Source: Thermodesulfobacteriota bacterium (GTDB taxonomy: Bacteria; Desulfobacterota; Desulfobacteria; Desulfobacterales; C00003060). Taken from it: a stretch of 64,000 nt of DNA. Positions 21,960 to 32,892 of this stretch are shown piece after piece. The notes beneath the pieces were generated by a model. The model did no database searches, had not been told where the DNA came from, and was given only the letters and a program-made list of their open reading frames with translations. The stretch lies in assembly GCA_034189385.1 (NCBI GenBank), contig JAXHVD010000001.1, forward strand, positions 96,001 to 160,000. The letters are read 5' to 3'. How positions within the stretch are numbered: position 1 is the first letter of the stretch; each line of letters opens with the position of its first letter. The position numbers and the translations under genes were made by a program.

Positions 21960-22790
21960 TCAAAGTCCCATTGCCCACTTGCGAACTGCTTGGTTCAGGA
22001 GTTCATAGAAACGCCGGGAGCCTCCGAGGCCCTTGCGGCCAAAACAAAAATTGATTTCTGAAAGGAGAGGTTCTGGCTCCCGATGGGTCCGGTCGAAGAG
22101 AACATCAAAGGCAGCCAAGTTAATGCCTGTCCTTGCGCAAAAGCGCTCCACGCACCGTATTGCCTTTTCTGTGAGTTCCGGGTCAAGAAGATCATTGATG
22201 ACGGCGCCCCTTCCCACATTATTGCGAAATTCTCCAGGCTCTTGCTGGCACCTCCAGTAGGCCTTCATGTGCTTACCGATGACCACGACACGCAAGTCCC
22301 TTCCTTTATGGGGGATGAATTGCTGAGCAATGAAACGCTTCGTGGGGTGACGGCCCACATCGTCTAGGATCTTAAGCCGGTCCATGAGGTCCTGCCCATT
22401 TCTTACCAAGAATACCCCCCAGCCTCCTCCGCCCCTATCTGCTTTCAAGACAAATGGAAATGGCAGTAAAGGGTTTTCATTCTTGTGATGGCGAGACACA
22501 AAATCTTCAACCGATTCATAGCAGTTGGTCTCAGGGTGGGGGGCATGAAATTGTCTAAAGAGTTTGATGTTTCCATACTTACCTTCAAAGCCGAACCTGT
22601 GTGTATAATCGGGAAAGACGTGGGAACAACGGGAGCTGCAAAACTGGTAGGGGTCTGATTTAACGCTTTGAGGCAGAACAACGCCCCGTGCTAAGGAGAT
22701 GGCCCTGCTCTGTGCTTCCGCAAAGGGGCCCTTTAGGGTGAGTCGAAGATTGACATCCCCCTTCACGTGACGATGGAAGGATAGGATCAT
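21960..22790 (-). CDS. RimK-like ATP-grasp protein
   Basis: PFVLK..GGGGWGVFLV, QQFIP..GRDLRVVVIG, EFRNNVGRG, LSEIN. Confidence 0.8.
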   Translation of the reverse strand: MILSFHRHVKGDVNLRLTLKGPFAEAQSRAISLARGVVLPQSVKSDPYQFCSSRCSHVFPDYTHRFGFEGKYGNIKLFRQFHAPHPETNCYESVEDFVSRHHKNENPLLPFPFVLKADRGGGGWGVFLVRNGQDLMDRLKILDDVGRHPTKRFIAQQFIPHKGRDLRVVVIGKHMKAYWRCQQEPGEFRNNVGRGAVINDLLDPELTEKAIRCVERFCARTGINLAAFDVLFDRTHREPEPLLSEINFCFGRKGLGGSRRFYELLNQAVRKWAMGL

Positions 22791-22809
22791 CTCTGGAAAG
22801 CTCTTCCGC

Positions 22810-25389
22810 TTAACCTGCCAGCACCGCCTCGTCAGGTGCCCAGACCACTAGCCCTGTGGTGTAGGGGGTTTCCATCTTCTGGCGGCTTGGCATGATTCTG
22901 ATAGTAAAACCGTACTTGCCGGTCTCGGGACAGGGAATCTGCCCCTGAAAATGATGGTTGCCGTTTCCATCTGAGTTTACCGCCTTCATCGGTATGGTCT
23001 CTCTTTGGGTGAATTCCCCCTCAAAACTAAGTGGTCCAAAATAGACTTCCACATCTACGTCTTCCGCCTGAAGTCCATGCAAATAGACATCGCTGTCCAC
23101 ATTAAGGAGGCCAGACACAGGCACTGGACGACTATCGGACACATGGACCCGGTTGATCCGAATCTGGTCCCAGTTGGTCATGAGCTTCTGTCGCCACAGG
23201 GCTAGATCTTCAGCTCCTTTCATTTCGTCCTTGGAAAGCTCGCCATGGCGCTTGGCACCACTGCTGTAAAAATGGTTGACGTAGTCCTGAACCATCCGAT
23301 GGCTGTTGAAATTGGGACAGAGATGGCACATGGCCGCTTTCATCTTTTCCAGCCAGCCGCGAGGCAGGTTATCCAGGCCCCGTTCGTAAAAGAGGGGTAC
23401 GATCTCCCGCTCTAAGAGATTGTAAATGTCCCGACTCTCCACTTCATCTTGCAGCTGCAAATCATCATAGGTCTCTCCCCTGCCAATGGCCCAGCCGAAC
23501 TCCTGACCATAGCCTTCATCCCACCACCCATCCAGAGTGCTCAGATTCAGAACCCCATTGGGTATGGCCTTCATGCCGCTGGTACCACAGGCCTCGAGCG
23601 GTCTTTGGGGATTGTTGAGCCACAGATCGCAGCCTTGAAGCATCATGCGTGCCACGCGAATATTGTAGTCTTGGATGAACACAAAACGGTGACGTACCTC
23701 TTTTCTACTGGCGAAGTGGATGATTTTCCTGATGAGCTCTTTGCCAGGCGTATTTTGAGGATGGGCCTTGCCTGCCATAATGATCTGTATGGGTCGCTCC
23801 GTGTCTGTCAGCAGTTTGATGAGCCTGGCCTCATCGTGCAAGATAAGACTTGTTCGCTTATACTCTGCAACACGACGGGCAAAACCGATCGTCAAAATCT
23901 CAGGGTTCAAGACTTGCCCGGCCGCGTTTATCTCTCGGGTCGAAGCCCCTGTGCTTTTCAGCTGAGCCTGCAACACCTTCCTTGCGAACGCAACCAAGCG
24001 TTCCCGCCTTCGTTCATGGGTGCGCCACAATTCCGAATCTGGAATCTGCTCCACCTGCTTCCATACCTTCTGGCTGTCTGGATCTTCGACCCAGTTTGGT
24101 CCCAGGTATCTGTCAAAGAGCTCGGCCACGTCCTGGGAGATCCAAGTGGGGATGTGAATGCCGTTGGTTATGGCATAGATCGGAATGTCTTCCACAGGGT
24201 TCTTGGGCCAGATCTTTTGCCACATCTTGCACGAAACCTTGCTATGCAACCGACTCACGGCATTGGCATGGGCTGAGAGCCTTAATGCCAGCACTGTCAT
24301 GGAAAAATGCTCCTCGTCGTTAGAAGGGTCCTGTCGTCCGAAGCCCAAAAAGACCTTAAAGGCGACCCCGAGAGAAGGGACGTAATCTCCAAAATAGGTG
24401 TGCATAAGGTCTGGAGAAAACACATCATGCCCTGCTGGCACCGGGGTGTGTGTGGTGAACGTATTCGTGGCCACCACAAACTCCCTGGCCGCGTCAAAGG
24501 ACAGGCCATGCTCGTTTTTCAAGATGCGAATCCGTTCCAGGGCAGAAAAGGCGGAATGGCCTTCGTTCATGTGGTACGCACAGGGTTCTACGCCCAAGGC
24601 TTGGAGCGCCCGAACGCCCCCGATTCCCAACACAATCTCTTGGCGAACGCGCATGTCCCAGTCGCCGCCATAAAGCCGAGCTGTGATATGGCGATGTTCA
24701 GGGGAGTTCTCCTTCAAGTTTGTGTCAAGCAGGAATAAGGGGACCCGCCCAACCATGACCTGCCATATCTGAATCTTCACCGATTCCCCACGAATCAACA
24801 CCTCGACCATGAGGGGTTGCCCATTTTCGTCCTTCATCAGGCTGACAGGCATGGTGGTGACATCGTTTTCAGGATAGGCTTCCTGCTGCCAACCATCGGC
24901 ATTTAAGTACTGCTGAAAGTAGCCTTCGTGGTAAAAGAGGCCAACACCTACCACGTGCAGATTTAGGTCGCTGCATGATTTCAAATGGTCCCCTGCAAGA
25001 ACACCCAACCCTCCGGAATAGATGGGCAAACATTCAGCTAGACCGAATTCGGCCGAAAAATAGGCAACACAGGCTTCACTGGAATCTTGGGTGTTACTGA
25101 CAGGGTGGGGATGGACAGAGAGATACCTCTGCAAATCCTCGTCAGCACGGTCCATCTGGGCCAGAAAACCTGCATCTTGTGTTAACTCCTCAAGACGCAT
25201 TTGATTAATGGCTCCAAGCATATAGACTGGATTGTGTTTGGAAGCCTCCCACAACTCGCCGTCCATGCGCCTGAACAGACTGGCAATGTCATGGTGCCAG
25301 CTGAACCACAAATTATATGCCAGCTTATTCAGAGGATTTAACCTGTCAGGGAGCTTGGCGAGCACATTGTACTTGTAGACCGCCTTCAT
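22810..25389 (-). CDS. glgP: Alpha-glucan (glycogen) phosphorylase
   Basis: YFSAEFGL, YSGGLGVLAGDH, HMNEGH and PLP-site EACGTSGMK. Confidence 0.96.
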   Translation of the reverse strand: MKAVYKYNVLAKLPDRLNPLNKLAYNLWFSWHHDIASLFRRMDGELWEASKHNPVYMLGAINQMRLEELTQDAGFLAQMDRADEDLQRYLSVHPHPVSNTQDSSEACVAYFSAEFGLAECLPIYSGGLGVLAGDHLKSCSDLNLHVVGVGLFYHEGYFQQYLNADGWQQEAYPENDVTTMPVSLMKDENGQPLMVEVLIRGESVKIQIWQVMVGRVPLFLLDTNLKENSPEHRHITARLYGGDWDMRVRQEIVLGIGGVRALQALGVEPCAYHMNEGHSAFSALERIRILKNEHGLSFDAAREFVVATNTFTTHTPVPAGHDVFSPDLMHTYFGDYVPSLGVAFKVFLGFGRQDPSNDEEHFSMTVLALRLSAHANAVSRLHSKVSCKMWQKIWPKNPVEDIPIYAITNGIHIPTWISQDVAELFDRYLGPNWVEDPDSQKVWKQVEQIPDSELWRTHERRRERLVAFARKVLQAQLKSTGASTREINAAGQVLNPEILTIGFARRVAEYKRTSLILHDEARLIKLLTDTERPIQIIMAGKAHPQNTPGKELIRKIIHFASRKEVRHRFVFIQDYNIRVARMMLQGCDLWLNNPQRPLEACGTSGMKAIPNGVLNLSTLDGWWDEGYGQEFGWAIGRGETYDDLQLQDEVESRDIYNLLEREIVPLFYERGLDNLPRGWLEKMKAAMCHLCPNFNSHRMVQDYVNHFYSSGAKRHGELSKDEMKGAEDLALWRQKLMTNWDQIRINRVHVSDSRPVPVSGLLNVDSDVYLHGLQAEDVDVEVYFGPLSFEGEFTQRETIPMKAVNSDGNGNHHFQGQIPCPETGKYGFTIRIMPSRQKMETPYTTGLVVWAPDEAVLAG

Positions 25390-25751
25390 GAATGGTCTTC
25401 TTTCTTCGTTACGTCGGCAAGTTTTGACTTCAGTTCCGTGAGGTCGTGGGACTTGACTACGTAGTGGTCCGCTGCCACTGACTTGACATCTTCTCTATAA
25501 GAATCGTAGGCTGTGTTCATAATGACTGGTAACTCAGGGTAGAGATTACGCACTTCCTGAAGCAGATCCAATCCGTCGCAGTCTTCCATCCGGATATCCA
25601 GTACCACGGCTGAGGGTTGGACAGAGGCAATAAGATCCAACAGCTCCCTGCCTTCGCCGGTTGTGACGACCTCATAACCCTCGTCACCCAATTCCACTTC
25701 ATAGAGGTTTCTTATACTTTTTTCGTCATCAACAACCAGTATCCGAGCCAT
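25386..25751 (-). CDS. Single-domain response regulator (receiver only)
   Basis: ILVVDDE, VVLDIRM, TAY, YVVKS; stop overlaps the glgP start (ATGA). Confidence 0.92.
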   Translation of the reverse strand: MARILVVDDEKSIRNLYEVELGDEGYEVVTTGEGRELLDLIASVQPSAVVLDIRMEDCDGLDLLQEVRNLYPELPVIMNTAYDSYREDVKSVAADHYVVKSHDLTELKSKLADVTKKEDHS

Positions 25752-25783
25752 AAGCCCTCCCTTGGCATGCGCTCGCAGCGCAT

Positions 25784-26879
25784 TTATCCCTTTGCAAGGA
25801 GAACCCCCTCGATAAAGGGATCCAGGTTTCCGTTAAGGACATCGTTGACGTTTCCTATGTCAAGGCCAATGCGATGGTCTTTGACCAACTGGTAGGGATG
25901 GAGCGTGTATGACCTGATTTGACTTCCCCAGGCAATCTCTTCCTTTTTCTGGTAGTCTGCCTGCTTTTCCGCCGCTCTTTTCTCTTCTTCGTGTTCGTAC
26001 AAGCGGGATCTTAAGACTTTCATGGCAATAGCCTTATTCCTGTGTTGGGAGGATTCCTGCTGACACTGTACCACGATTCCTGTTGGCAAATGTGTCAGGC
26101 GAACAGCAGAACTGGTTTTGTTCACATGTTGTCCGCCGGCTCCGCTGGCACGGAAGGTCTCCATGCGCAGGTCCTTTTCATCTATGTCGATAACGACTTC
26201 TTCGTTGACTTCTGGATAGACCGAGACCGAGGCAAAAGAAGTGTGGCGCTTTTTGCTGGCATCAAAGGGCGAGATGCGCACTAACCGATGAATTCCGGTT
26301 TCCGTCTTAAGGTAACCGTAGGCATTTAGACCCCCAGCAATGAAGGTAACGCTCTTAATGCCAGCCTCTTCCCCTGGTTGGAAGTCCACGACGCTAGCCT
26401 TGTATTTCTTCCGTTCTGTCCACCGAACATACATGCGAAATAGCATCTCGACCCAGTCTTGAGCCTCTGTTCCGCCTGCGCCCGCATTGATGGAAACAAT
26501 GGCATTCTTTTCGTCATCTTTGCCTTTAAGCATCCAGGCAAGGGTCATCTGGCGGACGGCTCTTTCCGACTCCTTGACTGTTAGGGACACCTCTTCAATG
26601 GCCGCCGTATCATCTTCCTCCATGGCTAGATCCAAGAGAAGGGCAGCATCTTCGAGTCCGTTTTGCACCTTCTGCCAGCAATTGAGGTCGCCAGAAAGGG
26701 CTGTCCTTTCTTTCAGTATTTCCCTCGTCTCTCCTGGAGTATCCCAGAAGCCGTTTTTAGAAATGATAGCCTCAATCTCACTGAGGCGCTTTTCTTTGCC
26801 CTCTACGTCAAAGATAACCCCTCAGTTGTTCTAGCCTATTTTGAAGCGATCTGATTTTACCTTTTAGTTCCATTGACAT
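25784..26879 (-). CDS. prfB: Peptide chain release factor 2, expressed via programmed +1 frameshift
   Basis: ATG 26879 (AGGAGG SD); 23 codons end AGG GGT TAT CTT TGA C (26813-26807). The +1 frame continues into the track ORF containing SPF and GGQ motifs; about 364 aa in total. Confidence 0.97.
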
Positions 26880-26915
26880 GGCAATACCTCCTGACCTGTA
26901 AGGCGTAGGAATTGG

Positions 26916-26945
26916 CTCTCTTGGCCGCCATGGCGGCCAAGAGAG
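26916..26945. repeat. Perfect 30-bp palindrome between lnt and prfB
   Basis: ctctcttggccgccatggcggccaagagag equals its own reverse complement. Confidence 0.9.
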
Positions 26946-27040
26946 GTAGGCCCGTTCAGTGCCTGATAGCTACATATTGTACATCAGCCTCAGCCTTTTT
27001 CAAGGCCGAGGGGTGTAAAATTCCCGTTTCCGCCAGTCTC

Positions 27041-28609
27041 CTAGGACCTGTTGCCAAATAAGGCGTGCCTAGAAGCCCAGACGCACATGACCAGACTGAC
27101 CAAAATACATCCTGCGGCAAAGAGATCCCCGAAACGTGCATAAAAGGTCTTCTGGCCCATCACGGGCAGTGGGCGCGCTCTGACAGCCTCTTCGAACAAA
27201 GGAGTCGAATCAAGGATTCTGCCCACTGGATCAATAAAGGCGCTGATGCCAGTGTTGGCTGCTCTGGCCAAGGCTATATGGTTTTCAACTGCTCGAAATA
27301 CTGCCATGGAAAGGTGTTGGTAGGGGGCACTTGAGGTGCCGAACCAGGCATCATTAGTGATGTTCACCAGAAGTTGGGCGCCGTTTTGGCACATGGCTCG
27401 GGCAAGCTCCGGAAAGATGACTTCAAAACAGATCAGAACGCCCAACTTTTCACGTTCCAGGGAAAGGAGACGCCCCTTGTCGCCAGGCCTAAAATCCCCT
27501 ACCGTCTTAACCAACTTTCCTATGAAGGGGAAAAATTTTTTTAACGGGATATATTCCCCGTAGGGCACCAAGTGGACTTTGTCATATTTTCCCAACACTT
27601 CGCCAGCGGGATTCAGCAAATAGGCACTGTTGTGCCAGTACATCTCTTGTCCGCAGGTGCGAAAAGAGGGGCTGCCCACAAGGAAATGGACCTTGCAGGC
27701 ACGAACCAGCTCCACCACCTGTCTTGTTAAGGCTTCGTCGTGCAGAAAGTAAAAGGGCAACGCCGTTTCTGGCCATACGATGAGATCGGGCCCGCTTGGC
27801 AACGCTGCAAGAGACAGCTTCCCATATCGGTGCACGGTTTCGCCTTGAAACGAAGGGAGCCACTTTTTGGTCTGGTCAATATTCCCTTGGGCCAAGGCCA
27901 CGGTTCTCTTGGGCGCGGTCTTGGCAATGTTTCCCACCTCAGACATACGCCATGTGCCGTACCAAAGAAAAGCGGCAACAGCCAAGGCGACGGCTAGGAT
28001 CGGCTTCCAGAAACAGGCATGCCCTTGTCTTATGGCACCCCAAAGCTCATAGATGGCGGCATTAACGGCCACAATGAGTGCGGACAGCCCATATACACCC
28101 AATATATCTGAAATCTGGATGAGATGCAACTGACTATACTGGGAGTATCCCAGATTTTCCCACGGAAAGCCGGACAGAAGAAAAGCTCTCATGTATTCTA
28201 GTGCTACCCATAAGACAGGGGCGCTCCAAAGGTATGCCCCAGAACGAGTTTGCAGGTAGGTGACAAGGAGTGCAAAGGCCGCCGGATATAGGCTGAGATA
28301 AATGACAAGGAGAAAAAGTATGCCCCAAGACACCACCATAGGTAGCTGGCCATAAGTTTCCATGACTCCGGCAATCCAATACAGCAGAGTGACGTAGTGA
28401 ACCAGGCCTGCAAGAAAACCAATCTTGAAACCAACTTGGGGGGACTTGGCCCTCATCGCATGAAACAGGGGCAAGAAGGCAATCCACGCCAAAAATTCCC
28501 AGCCAAGCTTGGGAAATGAGGCGGTGAGCAGGAGTCCCGAAACTCCTGCAAGGCTGGCATCACCGGTTGAGACGCCGAAAGCTTTCTTCTTGATGAGCGG
28601 AACTGTCAT
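27041..28609 (-). CDS. lnt: Apolipoprotein N-acyltransferase
   Basis: GFPW..LGYSQ, QGNI, WPETA, YDKVHLVPYGEY, ICFE, TNDAWFG, RAANTGIS. Confidence 0.96.
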   Translation of the reverse strand: MTVPLIKKKAFGVSTGDASLAGVSGLLLTASFPKLGWEFLAWIAFLPLFHAMRAKSPQVGFKIGFLAGLVHYVTLLYWIAGVMETYGQLPMVVSWGILFLLVIYLSLYPAAFALLVTYLQTRSGAYLWSAPVLWVALEYMRAFLLSGFPWENLGYSQYSQLHLIQISDILGVYGLSALIVAVNAAIYELWGAIRQGHACFWKPILAVALAVAAFLWYGTWRMSEVGNIAKTAPKRTVALAQGNIDQTKKWLPSFQGETVHRYGKLSLAALPSGPDLIVWPETALPFYFLHDEALTRQVVELVRACKVHFLVGSPSFRTCGQEMYWHNSAYLLNPAGEVLGKYDKVHLVPYGEYIPLKKFFPFIGKLVKTVGDFRPGDKGRLLSLEREKLGVLICFEVIFPELARAMCQNGAQLLVNITNDAWFGTSSAPYQHLSMAVFRAVENHIALARAANTGISAFIDPVGRILDSTPLFEEAVRARPLPVMGQKTFYARFGDLFAAGCILVSLVMCVWASRHALFGNRS

Positions 28610-29043
28610 GGATCACATAGGTGTTCTGAGGACAGCTACCATCTCAATAGTCATATGGGAAGGAAAAATGGCCAAGAGCCCATCCACTGGTCTGCTCATC
28701 CGCTGGTCGCCGTGAACCCCTAAATTGGGCGGATTCCGTGCCGGGGCTCGACCATCTACGGGCAGAATATCAAACTGTTCAAGTGCAGTTTTTCATTTTA
28801 AAGAGGGTGAAGTCGTTCGGCGAACGTAGTTGCCTCTTTGATTCGTGATCCGCCGCTGCCGACTGTGGGCTTGTGGCCAAGGTGCACGTCTGTTGACACT
28901 GCTGGAAGCAACGATTATTATTTAATATTTTGGACCTAAGGCGCTCTTGGCTAGCCAGTTTTGGTCGCTTTCTGCCCTGTGGGGGTGTCCACCTGGCCTC
29001 TGAGGCGAGTGGTCGTGATCTTCGGGCTGCGGGACCTTTTGCC

Positions 29044-30018
29044 GTGAACGAGAAAATACTAGTGATTCATCAGGGGGCCCTAGGTGATGTGATTCTCAGC
29101 TTCCCGGCCCTTCGATCCTTGAGGCGGGAAAGAGACGCCTCCATGGCCCTTTTGTGCAAGGATCAGGTTGGGAGAATGGCCCAAGAGTCGAAGGTCGTGG
29201 ATGCTCACTTCCCTGTTGAGCGTGCACATTTCTGTGGTTTGTTTTCCAGTCATATGAGTCACGATATGCAAGGTTTTGTTAGCGAATATGACACCATCCT
29301 CTTGATTGGATTCTCACAGGAGATGGAAGGGACAATCAAGCAGCATTATGAGAGGCCCGTTTACAGGATAACCCCTCGTCCTCCTGCAGAGGAGGAAAGG
29401 CATGTGGCCGTTCATCTGATAAGGCAATTGCAGGCAAGGGGGCTGTTGAGACAGGGAGAACCTGAAATCGCCGGCACGCTCTCCTCCTTTGCCTGTCTAG
29501 CTGGCGATCAAGGCAAGAGAGAGCTACCTGGTGAGCTCGTTCTTGTTCACCCTGGTGCAGGAAGTAAGAGAAAACGCTGGCCTCTGGAAAAGTTCATTGA
29601 CGTGGCTGCTGCCACAAGACAGATGGGCCTGACAGAGGTAGCTTTTGTCATAGGGCCTGCTGAAAGAGACCTTCTGCCCCACGTGGTGAGGGCGACACAG
29701 GGCCGGTTTTCGGTCCATTATGTAGAAGACCTTGCACAAGTGATGGCCCTTATGCAGGCCTCTAGGTGTTTTGTTGGCAATGATTCAGGTTTGACCCACT
29801 TGGCCGCCTTTAAGGGACTTCCTACAGTGGCCGTCTTTGGCCCCTCCAGCCCTAAGAGATGGTCACCAATCGGCTGTAACACAGCGGTACTTCGGAGTGA
29901 CGTGGACTGTGTCCCCTGTTTTGAGTTAGAAGAGACAAACTGCGATCATCCTCAATGCCTGAATGGCGTCTCTGTCAAGATGGTCCTGGAGGCTATCGGA
30001 AGTTTCCAGACAATCTGA
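29044..30018 (+). CDS. Glycosyltransferase family 9 (heptosyltransferase-like)
   Basis: GALGDVIL, HPGAGS.RKRWP, GNDSG.THLA, VFGPS. GTG start at 29044 inferred. Confidence 0.88.
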   Translation: MNEKILVIHQGALGDVILSFPALRSLRRERDASMALLCKDQVGRMAQESKVVDAHFPVERAHFCGLFSSHMSHDMQGFVSEYDTILLIGFSQEMEGTIKQHYERPVYRITPRPPAEEERHVAVHLIRQLQARGLLRQGEPEIAGTLSSFACLAGDQGKRELPGELVLVHPGAGSKRKRWPLEKFIDVAAATRQMGLTEVAFVIGPAERDLLPHVVRATQGRFSVHYVEDLAQVMALMQASRCFVGNDSGLTHLAAFKGLPTVAVFGPSSPKRWSPIGCNTAVLRSDVDCVPCFELEETNCDHPQCLNGVSVKMVLEAIGSFQTI

Positions 30019-30324
30019 GGCACTCCAGAGGCTTTGTCATTGGCTACTGTTGACGAAGTGACAGTAAGTCCATTTTACTCTTTCCGCGGGCATTTGCGCC
30101 TATCTCTTTTCGCCACGGTGGACTCAATGTCCTTGAAAAAGGTTTGTTGCAAAACCGTCAATAGTGAGGAACGGTGATGGGTTAGGCTTTAGGTTTTGCG
30201 TGTTACGTGTTAAAAGGAAAGAAGGTGACTGCGAACTTTTCTCGAGAGATGAAAGGCAGGGCCTACGGTATACGTCAACGCTTTGGACAGACAATGACTG
30301 GTCCATTGCGAGACGCTGATCACC

Positions 30325-31281
30325 ATGAAAGATTCTATCAAAGAGGAATTGCTAAACAGATTTCTTGGGTCAACGTTGGGAACCTTCGTGGGGGACGCCC
30401 TGGGGGAACCGGTGGAAGGTTGGCCTCACGGGGCGATATACAGTCGGTTCGGCCTCTTGGACCGTATGCTTAGGGAAGAGGCCCGCTACACCGATGATAC
30501 CCAGATGATGATAGGGATCTTAGAAACCCTGGTGGAAAAGGGCAGATTCGATCCTGCTTTGTGCGCGTTGAAGTTTCAACAAAACTTTGATCCCATGCGC
30601 GGATACGGCCGACGCATCTTTGGGGTGATAGACCGAATCAGGCAGGGTCTGCCGTGGGACCAGGTGGGCACGGACAGTTATGGCAATGGGGGGGCCATGC
30701 GCATAGCCCCCATTGGCTGCTATTACCACGCTGATCTAAAGGCCATGAAAGAGCAGGCCATCCTAAGCGCCCGCATCACACACAACCACCCGGAAGGGCT
30801 AGCCGGGGCCGTGGCACAGGCCACAGCCGTGGGCTTGGCCCTTGAACAGGGCCTGTCAAATGACCCAATTGAACGGGATGTGTTCGTGGGTGAGATCGCT
30901 GCCCAGGTCGTGGATATAGACAAGGGGTTTGCAAAATCACTTGATGCTATCACATCCATTTCCAGGGGGTCCATGGTGGAGGTCATTGAGGCTATGGCAA
31001 ATGAATATAGCTTAAGCCTGAGGGCCATTGAATCTGTACCTGCGGCCATTGGCGCTTTTGCTTTAACGGAGAGCTTTAGGGACGCAGTCGTCTTGGGGGT
31101 CAACCTGGGCGGAGATACGGATACCATAGGTGCCATGGCAGGCGCCACTGCCGGGGCCTATTACGGGCACTCCAACATACCGCAAGCCTGGCTTGATCCC
31201 CTGGAAAACGGGGTCAAAGGGCGAGATTATGTAGTCAAGTGTGTTAAGGAGCTTGTTTATAAGACTGCTGTTGTCTCTTGA
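30325..31281 (+). CDS. ADP-ribosylglycohydrolase family protein (DraG-like)
   Basis: GDALG.PVEG, YTDDTQM, GNGGAMR, GGDTDTIGAMAG. Confidence 0.93.
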   Translation: MKDSIKEELLNRFLGSTLGTFVGDALGEPVEGWPHGAIYSRFGLLDRMLREEARYTDDTQMMIGILETLVEKGRFDPALCALKFQQNFDPMRGYGRRIFGVIDRIRQGLPWDQVGTDSYGNGGAMRIAPIGCYYHADLKAMKEQAILSARITHNHPEGLAGAVAQATAVGLALEQGLSNDPIERDVFVGEIAAQVVDIDKGFAKSLDAITSISRGSMVEVIEAMANEYSLSLRAIESVPAAIGAFALTESFRDAVVLGVNLGGDTDTIGAMAGATAGAYYGHSNIPQAWLDPLENGVKGRDYVVKCVKELVYKTAVVS

Positions 31282-31359
31282 TAGAAGATACGCCTTTGAG
31301 GGGGTCTTCACTGGCAGGTTCAACGCTCTTGATGAAAAGGTCCTGTGAGGTGATTTGTT

Positions 31360-31713
31360 ATGGGTAAGATTCTGGAGGAAGACCATCGGCCGTGGGGTTA
31401 CTATCAAGTCTATGCCGATGAGTCGGACCACAAGGTAAAGCGGATCGTTGTTTATCCCGGCAAACGGTTGAGCTTACAGCGACACCAGCGCCGGGCAGAG
31501 CACTGGTACGTTCTCAGTGGCAAAGCCGTTGTGACAAGAGATGACGAAGAACTCCACCTTGAGGCTGGCGAGGCGGTGGATATCCCCAGGGGGACAGTCC
31601 ACCGTGTGAGGAATGCCGGCAAAAAGGATATGGCCTTTATTGAGGTACAGACGGGTGACTACTTTGGGGAGGATGACATTGAACGACTGGAGGACGATTT
31701 TGGCAGGGCCTAG
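31360..31713 (+). CDS. Phosphomannose isomerase type II cupin domain protein
   Basis: RPWGYY, LSLQRH.RRAEHW, IEVQTGDYFGEDDIERLEDDFGR. Confidence 0.92.
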   Translation: MGKILEEDHRPWGYYQVYADESDHKVKRIVVYPGKRLSLQRHQRRAEHWYVLSGKAVVTRDDEELHLEAGEAVDIPRGTVHRVRNAGKKDMAFIEVQTGDYFGEDDIERLEDDFGRA

Positions 31714-31809
31714 TTTCACCTCATAGGTTCTTGTTTTTGAGTTTTAAGTGTTGAGTTCCTGGAGATCAGAAAAAATGGTTCTTTTTCAAAGGGTTGAGGA
31801 GAATCCACG

Positions 31810-32892
31810 GTGAGCGAAGAGAAATTGGATCTGGTCGTGGTCATCATGGCGGGAGGGGTGGGAACGCGGTTCTGGCCGTTGAGCACCAAAGAGATGCCCA
31901 AGCAGTTTCTCAACCTCTTTGATGACCGGACCTTGCTCCAGAAGAGCTATGATCGGATTTCGAGCCTGGTGCTTCCACAGCGGATACTCGTCCTAACCAA
32001 TGCTGCTTTTGTCTCTATTGTCAAAGAGCAGCTCCCTGAAATTCCGGAGGAGAATATCATAGGGGAGCCGGCGCGGCGGGATACGGCTGCTGCAGTGGGT
32101 CTTGCGGCGTTCCTATGCCGAAAACGTTATGGCAATCCGGTCATCGTCACGCTCACAGCAGATCACCTCATTGAGCCTGTTCATCTGTTTCGACAGACCT
32201 TGCTTTCAGCGGCCCGCAGGGCGTCTGAAGACAATGCCCTTTACACATTTGGCATTGTGCCCACTTATCCGGCCACAGGCTATGGGTATCTAGAACGGGG
32301 AGCGCAAATCGGTGATGACGGCGGTATTCAACACTTCCAGCTCCTTCGATTCAAGGAAAAGCCGGATCCAGAAACAGCCAGGAAGTATGTGGAATCGGGC
32401 CAATTCTATTGGAACTCGGGCATGTTCGTGTGGACCGCTGATGGGATCATAGCGGAGATAGAGGAGCATCTCCCAGACCACGCCAATGCCCTTTCCACAG
32501 CCGTTTCCTTTGATCAGGAGCCCGGCTGGGATGATGCCCTGAAAAAAGCATTTGCTTCCATTCATCGGGTATCCATCGACTTTGCCATTATGGAGAAATC
32601 GAAAAAGGTATGTTGCGTGGCATCTGATTTTTCCTGGAATGATGTGGGAGGGTGGCTGGCCCTGAGAAGTTGCCTTCCCAACGACGAAGCGGAAAACTGT
32701 TTCAGAGGCCAGGCCATGATGCTGGATTCTTCCAGAAACCTTGTCTTTTGCGAAGACCCTGACGAAACCATCATGCTGGTTGGGGTGGAAGATCTCGTGA
32801 TCGTGCGGGCCATGGGGAAGACCCTCATTACACACAAGGACCGGACAGAAGACATCAAGAAGTTGGTCGAGGAGATGAATCAGTCCACCTAG
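31810..32892 (+). CDS. manC: Mannose-1-phosphate guanylyltransferase
   Basis: MAGGVGTRFWPLS...PKQFL, EP.RRDTA, FKEKP, WNSGMF, WNDVGGW. Confidence 0.92.
   Translation: MSEEKLDLVVVIMAGGVGTRFWPLSTKEMPKQFLNLFDDRTLLQKSYDRISSLVLPQRILVLTNAAFVSIVKEQLPEIPEENIIGEPARRDTAAAVGLAAFLCRKRYGNPVIVTLTADHLIEPVHLFRQTLLSAARRASEDNALYTFGIVPTYPATGYGYLERGAQIGDDGGIQHFQLLRFKEKPDPETARKYVESGQFYWNSGMFVWTADGIIAEIEEHLPDHANALSTAVSFDQEPGWDDALKKAFASIHRVSIDFAIMEKSKKVCCVASDFSWNDVGGWLALRSCLPNDEAENCFRGQAMMLDSSRNLVFCEDPDETIMLVGVEDLVIVRAMGKTLITHKDRTEDIKKLVEEMNQST

Noticed and set aside
31360..32892. Split PMI/GMP genes as a broken bifunctional manC
   Set aside because: Both ORFs are intact with their own starts, and the order is reversed relative to the fusion; separate genes are common.
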